A stretch of 63,405 nt of DNA, filler included, from Octopus bimaculoides (GCF_001194135.2; 8 parts of 7 records of this genome joined end to end with filler, not necessarily neighbours in it); one strand, 5' to 3'. Counted from the first letter of the whole stretch, positions 1 through 10,747 are shown. Notes: generated by a model from the letters alone, not told the origin. Translations and numbers: made by a program.

Positions 1-149
1 TGTGTGTGTGTTATATGTATACACACATACGAATGCATACGCATCCATACATACACACATACACACAAACACACACACACTCACACATACAGAAATTTCA
101 AAAGTAAATAGACACAATCATTTTTGAAAACTTTATTCCCCTCCCCTCT

Positions 150-540
150 TGTTTGGATATTTGCTGGTCGAAGAAGAGTCTTTCTTCAAACTGCTCTTCA
201 ATTATAGCCAAGTTGATGAAGATACCTCACAGAAGTCCTCCGACTCATTTAGAGTTGCCATGCAACATCAACCGCCTCACAGCGGAGATTATTTGTCAAC
301 AATTTTCTGAACAGCTGAAAGACATCCTTTCAGGGGACCCAGGTCAACCTGTGCTGGATGTTCTTGATTTCCTTCTTTTGCTTCGTGAATTGTACAAATA
401 ATTCTGTTGACTGTGCCAAGAAGACTGCCAATGTATTGTGCAATCGTTTGGTGGTTAAATCCACACTCAGACTGACACACAATATTCTCCTTTTCATAAT
501 CAGATACGCCTTTTGCTTCTGGTCTTTGCAGCATGGCTAG
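150..540 (-). mobile_element. Degenerate Tc1-family transposase, N-terminal DNA-binding region
   Basis: Minus strand reads SDYEKENIVCQSECGFNHQTIAQYIGSLLGTVNRII (HTH1). After frameshifts it reads STG*P (GRP linker with CGA>TGA) and SRRTSVRYLHQLGYN*RAV*RK (HTH2/basic region), matching the Tc1 transposase layout. Multiple stops; no DDE domain in the window. Confidence 0.75.
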
Positions 541-610
541 TTGCTACAAAGACCCGACTTCGGTCATAAATGACCATCGGATTGTACCTAGAAAGTTCCC
601 CTCCATGGCA

Positions 611-684
611 CAAGTCCGGGCAAGATTTTTTATGGAAGATCAGCAATCGGGCAAGTCCGGCCAAGATATTTTTATGTAAGATCA
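611..684. repeat. Two ~32-bp direct repeats (period 41) upstream of the Tc1 ORF
   Basis: caagtccgggcaagattttttatggaagatca (611-642) and caagtccggccaagatatttttatgtaagatca (652-684). Confidence 0.85.
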
Positions 685-685
685 A

Positions 686-898
686 CCTCCCCTCTCCATG
701 CCACCTATGTTATTCAAGAGAATGGCAAAGGCCAGTATAGCTTGGAACCAATGACGTCTCGACTCATTTCTACAGCTGCGTAAACTGGAGCAATGTGAGA
801 TGAAGTCTCTTGCTCAAGAACACAACACACAACCCGGTCATAGAATCGAACTTACTACCTCATGATTGTGAGCCCGACGCTCTAGCCACTGAGCCATG
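686..898 (-). mobile_element. tRNA-derived SINE with CORE-like domain (family C)
   Basis: Reverse complement has an A box (tggctcagtggctaga), a B box (agttcgattc) and then tgtgttcttgagcaagagacttcatctcacattgctccag. Homologous to 5513-5828 and 39008-39330. Confidence 0.85.
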
Positions 899-995
899 AT
901 ACTGCAATCCGAAATGATAAATAATAATGCAATAAAAAAATTGAAGCATCTGGTAGCGTCCACATAGATAAAACCTCATAATGAGCGTTATCTAT

Positions 996-1376
996 TTACG
1001 TTTGCTATATCTGATGTTGGCAGATGATGTCATCTTGACAGCGCACACACCTAAGGAACTGGAAAAAACGCTCACTGATATCCAAACTAAAGCCAACCAG
1101 CAATCCACAGCATGAATGTTGCAAAGAACAATGTCAGGTGTAGAGGGCATACTACGCCAGTGCCCCTCATGGTAAATGGCAAGACCATAGAAGAGATCGA
1201 CATCTTGGCTTTTGTTATAATTATACAAATGGCCACAGGTTTTAACTGGTTTCTGCTCTGTGCATGAGTGAGTATTATGGCTTGTTGGGGTCAAAGTACA
1301 ACAATACAATGCTGATGAGACCCCAATAAGGCAGAAATACCTATTTATCATTGTTTTCTTGCCTGTATTAAAAAAA
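996..1376 (+). mobile_element. Internally deleted RTE-clade LINE relic: RT fragment plus 3' tail
   Basis: Plus frame from 996 reads LRLLYLMLADDVILTAHTPKELEKTLTDIQTKA (YADD-type motif). Shifted frames give SMNVAK and LMVNGKTIEEID, in RTE RT domain 5-7 order. It then passes to a non-coding tail ending in A7. Confidence 0.7.
1299..1361 (+). ncRNA. Degenerate type I hammerhead ribozyme-like motif
   Basis: CTGATGA at 1312-1318 and GAAA at 1334-1337. Stem I 1299-1311 pairs with 1349-1361 (11 of 13 positions). Stem III is AUA/UAU with an AUC triplet. Stem II has only 2 bp, and one C appears missing at the cleavage/stem I junction, so it is probably inactive. Confidence 0.5.
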
Positions 1377-1506
1377 CGGACCGCCGTTTTCTTAATTGCA
1401 TAAGAAATTCAATGGAATTTTCGAGAAATAATTCTCCTACTCATTTAAACTCGGACACGATCGCCGATCTAGGTATTCATTTGTTTATTCGTTTACACAC
1501 ACCAAC

Positions 1507-1559
<53 letters not shown>

Positions 1560-2282
1560 TCAGAGTGAATATTTTTAAATAGAGTGGCAAAGCATATACT
1601 TGAATATGTGTGTTTAAGGATATATATATACACAAGTATGTGCGTATGTATGTGTGTGTATGTATGTGTGTGTGTCTGTGCGTGCGCACGTGTGCATCTG
1701 TGTGTGTATGTGTGTGTAAGTATTTAATTGCGTTAATTGGATTTTTCCGTTAATCTAGGTGCGATCGGAGAACGCTTAAAATATTCCTTTTGTTAGATCT
1801 ATTTTTAAAGTTCTTCACTGGTCGCGTATAGTAATTTTCCCATAAGTTTTCCTATCCTAGTTACTTGATTGCGCAATCGTTACTTTTCGTACTTCTTGCC
1901 TGGTTGGCTAAAGCCACGGTCGAGCAGGGGAGTTCAAATCACGCCGAGGGTGGGTATATATATGTGCGCATTCAATTATATATGTGCATGTCTAGACATG
2001 CAACTATATGCATGAGAATACATGCATAAAATGTAATAAACAAATATGCACTGTGTCGAAATACTGCACTTATACACAAATGCATGCAAAAATACACTGT
2101 TGAAGTTGAAATTCCAATGAAGGAGTCTCGGATCTCGGATAGAAACCGGCTCCTCTATTGGCAAGAAATCAAGAAGTAAAATAATGATATACATGCATAC
2201 ATACATACTTACTTACAAGCATACATACTTATACATATACACACACACACACACACAGACACACACATATATATATATTTAT

Positions 2283-2397
<115 letters not shown>

Positions 2398-2446
2398 GGT
2401 GCATACATATAAACATACATATGTACATACCTAAATACACACTTAA

Positions 2447-2491
<45 letters not shown>

Positions 2492-2988
2492 GTATATATA
2501 CATACACACGCATACGCACAGTGATATAGAGTGCTATATGTAAATAGAAAATGCTGTTAATTGTTATTTTCCTCTAAATTAGATGGGATTGGCGGCCTTA
2601 AAATATTTAGTTAGATCTATTTTAAGAACCTTCGAACAAAGTTATGAGAATTTTTCCCTTCAAGCAACTTAACCATCCTAATCCATTGGAATACGTTACT
2701 CAATAATTTAGAAATTGTCGGTGTAGGTACATGATGACTTTGACTTACAATCTTTGGGGGAAATTTGGAAAAAGAAAATGTGCGGAAGCACACCGGATGA
2801 ATATGCCTGTGAATATGCATGCATATGGCTGTTTGTCTATCTGCTTGTCTGTTTGTCTGTCTGTGTGTATGTATGTATACACNNNNNNNNNNNNNNNNNN
2901 NNNNNNNNNNNNNNNNNNNNNNNNNNNNNNNNNNNNNNNNNNNNNNNNNNNNNNNNNNNNNNNNNNNNNNNNNNNNNNNNNNNNNNNN

Positions 2989-3029
<41 letters not shown>

Positions 3030-3111
3030 TAATATATGTTTATACACATATGCAGTTAAGTATATGTGTATACGAATGTGTGTATATATATATGTATACA
3101 TTAATATGATT

Positions 3112-3338
3112 GAGCTGGCAGAAACCTTAGCACGCCGGGCGAAATGCCTAGCGGTATTTCGTCTGCCGTTACGTTCTGAGTTCGAATTCCGCCGAGGTCG
3201 ACTTTACCTTTCATTCTTTCGGGGTCAATTATATAAGTACCAGTTACACACTGGGGTCGATGTAATTGACTTAATCCCCATGTCTGTCCTTGTTTTCCCC
3301 CACTATGTTTAGCCCCCTGTGGGCAATAAAGAAATAAA
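3112..3338 (+). mobile_element. tRNA-derived SINE family A, near full length
   Basis: gagctggcagaaac...gagttcgaattccgccgaggtcgacttt...gggcaataaagaaataaa; more than 10 homologous copies in the window. Confidence 0.9.
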
Positions 3339-3385
3339 TCTATGTGTGCATATATATATATATATATATGCATATGTGTATATTA

Positions 3386-3425
<40 letters not shown>

Positions 3426-3464
3426 TTATTTATTTGTATATGTGTGTCTGTGTGTGTGCGTGTG

Positions 3465-3590
3465 AAGGCACGTGGCCAAGTGGCCAGTGTGTTGCACTCA
3501 AGATCGGAAGATCATAGTTTCGAATAGGCAGACACTTCAGAACACTTTATTTCGCTTTTGCCTCAGTCCATTCTGCTGTAAATGTTTAAC
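3465..3590 (+). mobile_element. SINE family C, degenerate 5' part
   Basis: gaaggcacgtggccaagtgg...cactttatttcgc...tgtaaatg aligns with the head at 13975. Confidence 0.6.
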
Positions 3591-3850
3591 AACGGACATG
3601 TCTGAAATGTCTGAAACAAGAAAAAAAAAAAAAAATTAAAACACCTGAAAACTCAATTTTCATTACATTTTAGATTAAACCCATTGGAAATAATAAAGGT
3701 AGCCCCACTAAACCTTGATCCCTTAACGTTCAGACTAGCAGCCCTATCAAACCTTCCTATTCTACTTGTTTTATGTTTAAACTGGTCAGATCTGGCCTCT
3801 GGCCCCTCACACCGACTATTTAATGTCATTCTAAAATTAATCGATCCCAT

Positions 3851-4029
3851 CTTTCATCCTTTTTTATCTTATTTCAGTGATTAGACTGCGGCCATGCTGT
3901 TGCACCTCTTAGAACTTTAGTCGAATGAATCGACCCCTGTGCTTATTTGTCGAATCGCTATGTTGAGGGGATATAAACATACCAACACCGGTTGTCAAGC
4001 CGTTGTGGGAGACAAATACAGATACAAAC

Positions 4030-4064
<35 letters not shown>

Positions 4065-4237
4065 GACATACACACTCACTCAATGAGCTTCTATACGGTT
4101 CCCGTTTACCGAATTCATTCACAAGGCATTGATCAGACCGGTGCTATAATAAAAGACAATTGACCAAAAGTGCTGCTTAGAAGGCGCGAACCCGAAACCA
4201 CATGGCAGCGAAGCGAACTTCTTAATCACATAGCCAT
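3851..4237 (-). mobile_element. tRNA-derived SINE family B with internal microsatellite
   Basis: Reverse complement of the 4921-5330 layout; internal (CA)n at about 4030-4080. Confidence 0.85.
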
Positions 4238-4539
4238 ATCTGCGTCTGCGAACTTAATCAGACATGTGCTCTTTGAAAAATATAACAACATTCGTGCAAT
4301 ATTTGATTTGGCTACTATTTCTAGCCGGCTCAGTCTGGAGAGGAGCGTGTCTGTTCGTATGTTAGCTTATGCAAAATATCTTTTCCTTCTTTCCTTCTCA
4401 TCCGCGGTCTTCGAACCGGGATTCCATTTATAAATATTTTGGTAAACATCCAGCAAAGAGAGAGACGAAGTCGTCATTTTTTTAAAGTAAGTACTATTTC
4501 TTTTTTTCCATATATCTCTGTACTTTCCGCAATTTCGTC

Positions 4540-4621
<82 letters not shown>

Positions 4622-4701
4622 CATACATACACACATATATACACACATACATACATACATACATACATATATATGTATATATATGTTTATATATATATAC
4701 A

Positions 4702-4801
4702 NNNNNNNNNNNNNNNNNNNNNNNNNNNNNNNNNNNNNNNNNNNNTTAATTAATTAANNNNNNNNNNNNNNNNNNNNNNNNNNNNNNNNNNNNNNNNNNN
4801 N
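4702..4801. other. Artificial 100-bp assembly join (44N + TTAATTAATTAA + 44N)
   Basis: The identical construct occurs at 4702, 11934, 25170, 39554, 44309, 52745 and 56868. The 12-mer has stops in all six frames. Confidence 0.95.
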
Positions 4802-4920
4802 AAAAAAAAAAAAAATAAGCCCTTGGGTTGATTTGTTTGATTAGAAAACCTTTCAAGGTGGTGCCCCAGCATGACCAGAGTCAAAAGACCGAAACAAGTA
4901 AAAGATAATAATAAAACTAA

Positions 4921-5330
4921 AGGCACAGGAGTGGCTGTGTGGTAAGTAGCTTGCTCACCAACCACATGGTTCTGGGTTCAGTCCCACTGCATGGCACCTT
5001 TGACAAGTGTCATCTACTATAGCTTTGGGCTGACTAAAACCTTGTGAGTGGATTTGGTAGACAGAAACTGAAAGAAGCCCGTCGTATATATATGTATATA
5101 TATATGTGTGTGTGTGAGTGTGTTTGTGTGTCTGTGCTTGTCCCCCCCACCATCGCTTGACAACTGATGTTGGTGTGTTATGTCCCTGTAACTTAGCAGT
5201 TCAGCAAAAGAGATGAATAGAATAAGTACTAGGCTTCCAAAGAATAAGTCCTGGGGTTGATTTGTTCGACTAAAGGCAGTGCTCCAGTATGACCCCAGTC
5301 AAATAACTGAAACACATAAAAGAATAAATA
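4921..5330 (+). mobile_element. tRNA-derived SINE family B, full length
   Basis: Head ggagtggctgtgtggtaag...gggttcagtccc, CORE-like ggcacctttgacaagtgtcatctactatagc, internal (TA)n(TG)n, tail ending actgaaacacataaaagaataaa. Confidence 0.9.
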
Positions 5331-5512
5331 AGAAAGCTGCAGTAGGTATAGGAGTTGTAGCTGCTATAACTGGTAGCCATTAACTTTTAAATGAAATTTG
5401 AGCTTATTTAGTTACACCCTATGGCTTCCAGAACAGGTTGCTGGCTTATTATTATTGTTGGGTATATTGACGTTGGGTGGAAACTGCAATATATTTTTTA
5501 AATGACCTTTTG

Positions 5513-5828
5513 ACACACCATTGGTAATGACAAGTGTACCAGTTGATCTGATCAATGGAACAACCTGCTCATGAAATTAATGAGCAAGTGGCTAAGTACT
5601 CCACGGACATGTGTATCCTTAATGTAGTTATGAGGGACATTCAGTGTGATGCAGAATGTGATATGGCTGGTCCCTTTGAATTACAGGTACAACACATTTT
5701 TTTGCAGCTGAGTGGACTGGAGCAATGTGAAATAAAGTGTCTTGCTTAAGGATACAATGCACTGCCAGGAATCGAACTCAGGACCTTATGATCATGAGCT
5801 GAATACCCTAACCACTAAGCCATGGGCC
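5513..5828 (-). mobile_element. SINE family C, full length
   Basis: tRNA head at 5828-5760 (reverse complement tggcttagtggttagggta...gagttcgattcc), CORE-like segment, and a tail shared with 6025-6205 and 39130-39330. Confidence 0.85.
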
Positions 5829-6024
5829 TTCTGTATAAGATCTAAACGCATTCCTTGATGAAATGGTTGAATAATATCCATGGTCTTGGCTGGTCACACT
5901 TGGAAATCCAATTGGAAGGAATAACGACAGTTCCTTCTGAAATGACCCCATAGAAGAAGAGCCTGAGGACTTGACCTTCCTCCATCACCTCACTTGGAAT
6001 AATAAGTAGGGAAGATGGATCACG

Positions 6025-6402
6025 TGGCACTCCATCAGTTGTGACGATAAGGGTTCCAGTTGATCCGATCAACGAAACAGTCTGCTCATGAAATTAATGT
6101 GCAAGTGGCTGAGCACTCCACAGAGATGTGTACCCTTAATGTAATTCTCAAGGAGATTCAGCGTGACACAGTGTGACAAGGCTGACCTTTTGAATTACAG
6201 GTACAACAGAAACAGGAAGAAAGAGTGAGAGAAAGCTGTGGTGAAAGAGTACAGCAGAGTTCACCACCATCCCCTGCCGGAGCCTCGTGTAGCTTTAGGT
6301 GTTTTCGCTCAATTAACACTTACAACGCCCTGTCTGGGAATCGAAACCACGATCCTATGACCGCGAGTCTGCTGCTCTAACCATTGGGCCATTGCGCCTC
6401 CA
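6025..6402 (-). mobile_element. SINE variant: family C tail with a different head and body
   Basis: 6025-6205 aligns with 5513-5690. 6206-6300 is unrelated. It has its own tRNA head (reverse complement tggcccaatggttagagcagcagactcgcggtcataggatcgtggtttcgattcc). Confidence 0.8.
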
Positions 6403-6700
6403 CAGAGAAGATAGATGACAACATCCAATAGTTTGGTTGATACCATGAAACCGTGATATCACAAAATTACAATTATCTAATTTCTTGCCAGAAGCAGAGA
6501 GTAGTTTGTAGTTACATTAAAAATAGAAAAGAATGGCTTTGCATGACAGGAGAGAAAAATACTCTGGTCTTCATAGGTGACAATTCCTTTAATCCAGGGT
6601 TAAACTGCAACCAAGAAACTTTCTCTGCTTAAAGAACTTGTTGCTGTGTCCACATGCAGGCACATGCTCTCTGCATGGCATTTTCAGCGACGTCATCGTA

Positions 6701-6864
6701 TATATACGATGGGCTTCTTTCAGTTCCCATCTACCAAATCCACTCACGAGGCTTTGGTTGGCCCAAGGCTATAGTAGAAGACACTTGCCCAAGGTGTCAC
6801 ACAATGGGACCAAACCCAGAACCATGTGGTTGGGAAGTAAGCTACTTACCACATAGTCACACCT
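6701..6864 (-). mobile_element. SINE family B, 5' half
   Basis: gggcttctttcagtt...gacacttgcccaaggtg...gctacttaccacatagtcac. Confidence 0.85.
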
Positions 6865-8004
6865 AGCTGCAAAGCATTTCAGTAACAACTTCCAGTTACA
6901 TAGGCTTGTTGTCTCTCTTTCCTATTCCCTAAAATTTATCAGTAATGTTATTGAAATTAGGGCGTGATATAATGGGAAATATAAAAATCTAATTTGATTT
7001 TCCTTGAATTAGCAAAACAAACGAGTAAAAACTTAAAAATACACAAACCATGAGCACTCTGCTAAAATTGATTTTTTAAAGCAAAAGTTTTAGGAATTTG
7101 AAGCTTTCAATCTAGAACCCGGCAAAGATTTGAACCATAGTTCTTAGATTTTCTCAATCATCCTTTAAGGGGGTTGACAAAATAAGTACCAGTTATGCAC
7201 TGGGGTCAATGTAATTGACTTAACGCCTCTTTTGTACTTGTTGGCCTTGAGCCAAAATTTGAAACCAATAAATTATCTTTTCTCAATATTATCTCTTACC
7301 ACTTAATTTTCCACTGAACACCTCTTCCCTCTGGGCTTACCCTCATATCTGCCCTCGACAGACCCTCCATCTTTGTTTGTCACTTGCTATTTTCACCCCT
7401 ACATTCCTCAGACCTCCATCTCTGTCACTGTGTCACTGTGCATCCTTCTCTCACCCTCCCCACTTCACATCATCTCTCTATTTCTCATCCATTTATGATT
7501 TTGTTATGTTGTTGCTCTCCACCCTATCAGTTTCATTTTGTACTGAAACTTACCGCCTTCTTCCCCTCCCCCTTTTCCTTCCTGACCCGCTCCTATTTCT
7601 TCCACTATTTCTCCCCACTCAGAACTGATATTCACCACTGATTATACCTCCACCCATATTCACCATTCACTGCATTAATTTCTAACCATCTACCCATTCT
7701 CCTTTTACACTCTAGCAAACTTACCCATCTACCCATTCTTTCTAACCCTCTATCCCTATTCTGTCTATCTGTCTGCCTGTGTCTCTCTATCCCTTATATT
7801 CACCTTCTTGTAACCTGTAGGTATGCCCTGACCCCTTATCACTGCCATCTCTTTTCTCTCTTTCTAGTTGGAGTAACCTTATATTTCCTCTTCAGTGAGA
7901 CACCTGTCCCTGTCCCCTATTATACCTTAACCTCTCAACACCTAGTATAGAGCCTTCTCTTTCAGCGCTACAGCATCGCTCAATCAAGGAGTTTTGTTTT
8001 ATGA

Positions 8005-8205
8005 GTTACTTGGTATCCCCACTGGTGCTACTGTTATAAAAAAAAAAAGCACCCAGCACACTGTAAAGTGGTTGGCATCAGGAAGAGTGTCTAGTTGTAG
8101 GAACCATGCCAAAACAGATATTGGATCGTAACACAGTCCTCCTACAAGATCCTGTTGAGCTGTCCAACCAATGCCAGAGTAGAAGACAATGACGATGATA
8201 ATATT
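8005..8205 (+). mobile_element. Dispersed repeat family D (likely RTE-related non-autonomous retroposon)
   Basis: Core gtaaagtggttggcatcaggaagagtgtctagttgtaggaaccatgcc recurs at 57838, at 58595 and (minus strand) near 9780-9807. The RTE relationship is inference. The pyrimidine-rich 7270-8000 stretch may be its 5' extension. Confidence 0.65.
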
Positions 8206-8482
8206 TGAACAAGTATTTATGCTTTTCAGTTTCTCATGATATATTCGTGAATACTGAAAGCCTTTGTCAACAAGAAATTTTATAAAGGAAATTGCTGTCT
8301 CTGGTGGGAAGGAAGGGCTTTTAGTAAAGAGAAACAAGTCAAGTGGTATTTCACAAAAGCTTATAAGTAACACAGCAGTTTACAAAAGTGAGTGGAAGTG
8401 CTTTCCCAGCAAGAACATATTCTTGCTTCTTATCATAGCATATGCTTTGAAAAGTCCAGTTTTGCTTCTCTTATTTTTCATA

Positions 8483-8714
8483 TATTGGGTTGTCCGGAAA
8501 GTTCGTGCCGATTTTTAAAGGAAAGAAAAAGGTCAATAAATACTTGCCATTACATTTTTAATCAACCAAATACGAACCATTTTGTTGCACAATGTGTCTC
8601 CATCTTTCCTTTAATTTGAAAATACCCTCTTTCCAGAATTGAGGTGGTTTCATGGCAAATAAGTCGAAAGGTAAGCTACTATAAATCGGCACGAACTTTC
8701 CGGACAACCCAATA
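8483..8714 (-). mobile_element. Mariner-derived MITE with perfect 30-bp TIRs and TA target duplication
   Basis: ta-ttgggttgtccggaaagttcgtgccgattt (8483-8514) is the exact reverse complement of 8683-8714. The interior encodes a mariner C-terminus, KPPQFWKEGIFKLKERWRHIVQQNGSYLVD*. Confidence 0.95.
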
Positions 8715-8744
8715 GTTTTAGTATCGAATACACAAACCAAAACA

Positions 8745-8803
8745 TTGATGGTTGAAATTCATATATATATCATCATCAAAATCTACATACATACATACAT
8801 ACA

Positions 8804-8834
<31 letters not shown>

Positions 8835-9490
8835 GTTGATGAAAACATGGATATCAGTGCTGTTGCAAAGTTTTTTAAACTGGAAGAATTTTCTGGAATG
8901 GCATTCCAAGTCCTAAATAATTCATTTTTCGCACTCCCCTCTGGTATTCCTGTCTCTTATCACTTTTCTTCAATATTTTCTAAGTCGACTCTAAGGTCAA
9001 TAAATTTTAGCTTCCAAATTGAGCTACTTTGAAATTCAATCAACTGCATTTCAATATCACTCATGTCTATCCCTGAAAACATTTATAAGATTAGTTCTTT
9101 CAGTTTGATAATGTTTGGAAACGTCATGAATTTTGCTGTCTCTTCCAGTTCCCTGAATTTAGCAAAGCTTGTAAAAAAAACTGCCCAACAGTTGACTTGA
9201 TAATGCTTACAAACAGCTTTTGCAGACATTGGTACTCTGTTCTATCATTTTTTTCAGAGATCATTGATGTACCTCTTTAGGTTTGGCAAGTATCTAAATC
9301 TCTCATTGTCAACATCCCTCTTAAAAACTTCAAGTTTCATTTCAAAAGCCTTTATGTAACCAAACATAACATCAAGTATCTTACCAGAGTCCTGTAATAT
9401 AACATCAAGTCATTCAAATGTACGCAAAAATCTGCCCAAAACACCAGTCTACAAACCCACATGATGTCAGACAATTCTTGATAAGAAACA
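8745..9490 (-). mobile_element. hAT (Charlie/SPIN, GTF2IRD2/EPM2AIP1-like) transposase relic, C-terminal half
   Basis: Frameshifted translation: YQELSDIMWVCRLVFWADFCVHLNDL; KILDVMFGYIKAFEMKLEVFKRD; DIEMQLIEFQSSSIWKLKFIDLRVDLE; NELFRTWNAIPENSSSLKNFATALISMFSSTYVC (hAT dimerisation domain). Confidence 0.85.
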
Positions 9491-9493
9491 TGA

Positions 9494-9702
9494 TAAGGCG
9501 GCGAGTTGGCAGAAACGTTAGCACACTGGGCAAAATGCTTAGCGGTATTTCGTCTGCTGTTACATTCTGAGTTCAAATTCTGCCGAGGTCGACTTTGCCT
9601 TTCATCCTTTCGGGGTCAATAAATTAAGTACCAGTTATGCACTGGGGTCAATGTAATCGACTTAATCCCTTTGTCTGTCCTTGTTTGTGCCCTGTATGCT
9701 TA
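9494..9702 (+). mobile_element. SINE family A abutting the hAT relic
   Basis: taaggcggcgagttggcagaaacgttagcac...; full head and body. Confidence 0.9.
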
Positions 9703-9704
9703 GA

Positions 9705-10305
9705 TCCCTGCTAGCATGGGTTGGACGATTTGACAGGACTGGTGAACCAGATGGCTACACCAGGCTCCAATCTGATCTGGCAGAGTTTCTACAGCTGGAT
9801 GCCCTTCNNNNNNNNNNNNNNNNNNNNNNNNNNNNNNNNNNNNNNNNNNNNNNNNNNNNNNNNNNNNNNNNNNNNNNNNNNNNNNNNNNNNNNNNNNNNN
9901 NNNNNNNNNNNNNNNNNNNNNNNNNNNNNNNNNNNNNNNNNNNNNNNNNNNNNNNNNNNNNNNNNNNNNNNNNNNNNNNNNNNCTTTACACGTGCCACTG
10001 GCATAAGTGCCAGGAAGGCGACGCTGGGCACAGGTGCCATCATGATTTCGCTTTTGCTTGCCCCAACAGGTCTTCGCAAGCCGAGTTTCGTGTCCAATGA
10101 AGGAGACGACGTCGGCATGGGTGCCAGTTGTCGAATTGAGTTCGATTTCGATTTCACTTGCCTCAACAGGTCTTCACAAGCAGAGTTTAGTGTCCAATGA
10201 AGGAGACGTTGGCATGGGGGCCAGTTGTCGAATTTAGTTCGATTTCGATTTCACTTGCCTCAACAGGTCTTCGCAAGCGGAGTTTAGTGTCCAATGAAGG
10301 AAGGT
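9705..10305 (-). mobile_element. Family D repeat spanning a gap, with internal tandem array
   Basis: Reverse complement gaagggcatccagctgtagaaactctgcc...ccaacccatgctagc, continuing past the gap at 9808-9983. Confidence 0.65.
10044..10300. repeat. Tandem repeat, ~97-100 bp unit, ~2.6 copies
   Basis: caacaggtcttc recurs at 10064, 10164 and 10261 with near-identical intervening sequence. Confidence 0.9.
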
Positions 10306-10518
10306 TAACAGAATATGGAAAAATAGAGCATAATGTATTAATTGTAACTTACACCAGTCAACTTGATTTGTAAGGCGCAGTTGAATCACTACGTCAAGAA
10401 GAAGTCATGTCAACTGTTGAACGAAGCCCTTCCGATATGTTTAAATTCTATAAACAGCCTCAGCGTTTGCTTGTCATTCATTTGCTAACCCACTTTCCTC
10501 TATTCAGCTCTACAAGAA

Positions 10519-10737
10519 TATTCTTTTCTACTCTAGGCACAAGGCCTGAAATTTTTAGGGAGAGGACCAGTCGATTAGATTGACCCCAGTATGCAACTGG
10601 TATTTAATTTATCAACCTCGAAAGGATGAAAGGCAAAGTCGACCTCGGTGGAATTTGAACTCGGAACCTAAAGGCAGATGAAATACTGCTAAGCATTTCG
10701 CCCGGCGTGCTAACGATTCTGCCAGCTCGCCACCTTA
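10519..10737 (-). mobile_element. SINE family A
   Basis: Reverse complement of the family A consensus, with the tail variant aatttcaggccttgtgcctagagtagaaaagaata. Confidence 0.9.
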
Positions 10738-10747
10738 ACACTGCAAG

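Noticed and set aside
4320-4492. Possible non-coding first exon ending at GTAAGT (4487)
   Set aside because: A single donor motif with a few CpGs is insufficient, and the downstream context is cut by an artificial join.
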